Below, piece after piece: positions 62,266-64,000 of a stretch of DNA of 64,000 nt (position 1 is its first letter; each line of letters opens with the position of its first letter). The translations under genes and the position numbers were made by a program. The stretch spans positions 288,001-352,000 of the forward strand of contig CAWETI010000003.1 in assembly GCA_963812015.1 (NCBI GenBank), given 5' to 3'. Below the pieces are notes generated by a model. It did not search any database. It was not told the DNA's origin and saw only the letters and a program-made list of their open reading frames with translations. Source of the DNA: an uncultured delta proteobacterium. GTDB taxonomy: Bacteria; Desulfobacterota; Desulfobaccia; Desulfobaccales; 0-14-0-80-60-11.

Positions 62266-62445
62266 ATGGCGAGGAAAAAATTCGTGGTGCGGGCGGAGTG
62301 CCCGGCGTGTGCCTGCGGGGATATCTCCTTTTTGGGGCCGGAGACGCTGAGGGAGAAGTTCATCGGGGACGAAAAAGAGATCGACATCCTCTGCCCCATG
62401 TGCGGCACCAAGACCAAGGGGAAGCTGGACGAAGAGAAGAAGTAG
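62266..62445 (+). CDS. 59-aa Cys-rich small protein (CxxCxC...CxxC), below ORF-track cutoff
   Basis: RBS GGAGG; MARKKFVVRAECPACACGDISFLGPETLREKFIGDEKEIDILCPMCGTKTKGKLDEEKK; GC-rich third codon positions. Confidence 0.8.
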   Translation: MARKKFVVRAECPACACGDISFLGPETLREKFIGDEKEIDILCPMCGTKTKGKLDEEKK

Positions 62446-62672
62446 CTGGGGAATTTGTGGGGTTCGGAGTAGGCCCGGGGGTCGGTGATAATCCGACTTC
62501 CGGGTTTTTTATAAGGGGGAAAAGGGGAAAAGGGGAAAAGGGGGAAGGGGGAGAGGGTGTGCCGGGGCGGCGCCGGGGTCGTGCCGCGTGAAATCGAGGG
62601 GGTGGCGAGGGTAAGTCATGGGATATCCGCATGAAATCGGGGTGGGGGCGGGGGTGGGCCGGGACGGGTCCA

Positions 62673-63059
62673 TTAAAAACGGCCCTCCAGGGACTGGCTG
62701 AGTCGGGCGCGCAGGGTCAGGACCTTGAGGGACTCCTGGATGCAGCCCAGGGAGATGTGGAGGGAGTGGGCGTCCTGGGATTTTAAGAAGAGACGGTCCA
62801 GGCGGACCTTATAGAGCTCCAACTCGTCCAGGAAGGCGGCGAGTTTGGCCTGCTGGTCCTCTCGGCCCTGGGCGGCCAGGGCGTGGCGGAGATGCTTGGT
62901 GTGGCGGGAGAGGGCGGACGGGGAGAGGCCGTATAAGGCCGCCAGGGGGCGGAGGGACAGGCCAGTCATCAAGGCGCGGTCGATCTCGGCCAGGGAGGGG
63001 TGATGGCAGACGGAACAGAGGCCGGGCCGCAGGCCGGGGTGAGCTTTTTTGTCAGGCAT
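62673..63059 (-). CDS. Hypothetical protein with CxxC...HxxH zinc/HTH-like N-terminus
   Basis: CSVCHHP..EIDRAL..GLSLRPLAALYGLSPSALSRHTKH; AGGAG upstream of ATG 63059. Confidence 0.7.
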   Translation of the reverse strand: MPDKKAHPGLRPGLCSVCHHPSLAEIDRALMTGLSLRPLAALYGLSPSALSRHTKHLRHALAAQGREDQQAKLAAFLDELELYKVRLDRLFLKSQDAHSLHISLGCIQESLKVLTLRARLSQSLEGRF

Positions 63060-63463
63060 GTGGGACACTCCTGGGGGTGTTATCGGTTGATGGTACCGCA
63101 GAGGCGGGACGCGTGTGCCTCTGGACAGAAATTTAGCTTAAGGAGGCGGCGGGGGGCCAGCACGGAAAAGACGGATGACAGAAAAATGGGGGCGAAAAGG
63201 GGAAAAGGGGAAAGGCCGAAAAGTTAAAAAATCTTGAAAGAATTTGACAAGTTGGCGGCGATTATTTTAACATGGGTGCAAAGTGTAGAAGCGCTGGGGG
63301 TGACTGTCCTATACTAAATTGGAAATTGAAAATATTTTGTGTTTTTGAATTTCTGCTATAATTATCTTATAATTCAATAAGTTATATGGGCTTACTGAAT
63401 AAAGTTGATTTAATAAATATATAATCATCTAATGCTAAAATTACATATTAAGAGGCCCTACAA

Positions 63464-64000
63464 ATGGATAGAGTTGAATATGAAAAAATGATCGTATAGG
63501 ACCTTATTAATCAGAATAAAAATAAGGAAATTGATATAACGCCATGGTATCAGCGGCGATCAGTATGGGCTACTCCGCAAAAGTCTTATTTAATCAATAC
63601 TCTTTTTGAAAAAAAACCAATCCCATCACTCTATATACGTCATTCTTTAGACTTAGAAGCTGAAAAAAGCATACGTGAAGTCGTTGATGGACAGCAGAGA
63701 ATTCGAGCTATTCTTGAATATATCGATGATAAATTCACAGCCAAGCATCCAAATCATCGAATAAAAATAAAGTATTCTGAGTTAACGCGGTCTGAGGCTG
63801 AAGATTTCAGATTGACAAGTTTGTCTATTGGTTATCTCTTGGGCGCGACTGATGAGGATGTCATTGAAATATTTGGAAGATTAAACTCAGTCGCGAAGTC
63901 TTTAAATGCTCAAGAAAAACGTAATGCCCGATTTAGCGGAGAATTTAAGCAATTTTGCTTAAGACAAGCGGCAATTAGGCTTTCTTTGTGGCGTGACTTA
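63464..64000 (+). pseudogene. DUF262 (ParB-like, GmrSD-type N-terminal domain) gene with in-frame TAG at codon 12; runs off window end
   Basis: MDRVEYEKMIV*DLINQ...PWYQRRSVW...KPIPSLY...VVDGQQR...IFGRLNS...LNAQEKRNA. Confidence 0.8.

Overview
GC-rich chromosomal window, most consistent with an anaerobic deltaproteobacterium (Desulfobacterota-like; inferred from selB, Re-citrate synthase-like, DUF362 and ADP-forming acetate-CoA ligase genes). It is mostly housekeeping: galT, hisA, radical SAM-rng, selB, tatC, plsB, proB-obgE-rpmA-rplU, GH57, gmhA, hemC, sfsA, prs, hisS-aspS, methylmalonyl-CoA mutase, trpB2, tpx, a TetR-TolC-EmrAB efflux operon, moeA and acetate-CoA ligase. The intergenic DNA holds several families of REP-like palindromes. 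Highlights: (1) an intact IS110 element (38571-39759) whose bridge RNA can be read by eye, with target and donor guides, CT core and a promoter formed at the circle junction, inserted in the genome's most common GC-rich repeat between the two mutase subunits; (2) a cobalamin riboswitch controlling a CbpA-like peptide and a CbpB-like radical SAM/SPASM maturase, the latter with a 1-nt frameshift; (3) AT-rich single-gene inserts resembling defence or toxin genes: a HEPN-motif gene bracketed by inverted heptamer arrays, a restriction-endonuclease-like gene, and a DUF262 gene with an early amber stop; (4) a 36-nt motif shared upstream of two unlinked envelope genes, an unannotated 59-aa Cys-rich protein, and a possible ATC start codon. 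No rRNA, tRNA or CRISPR array was found. Family names are from recall, not database searches.
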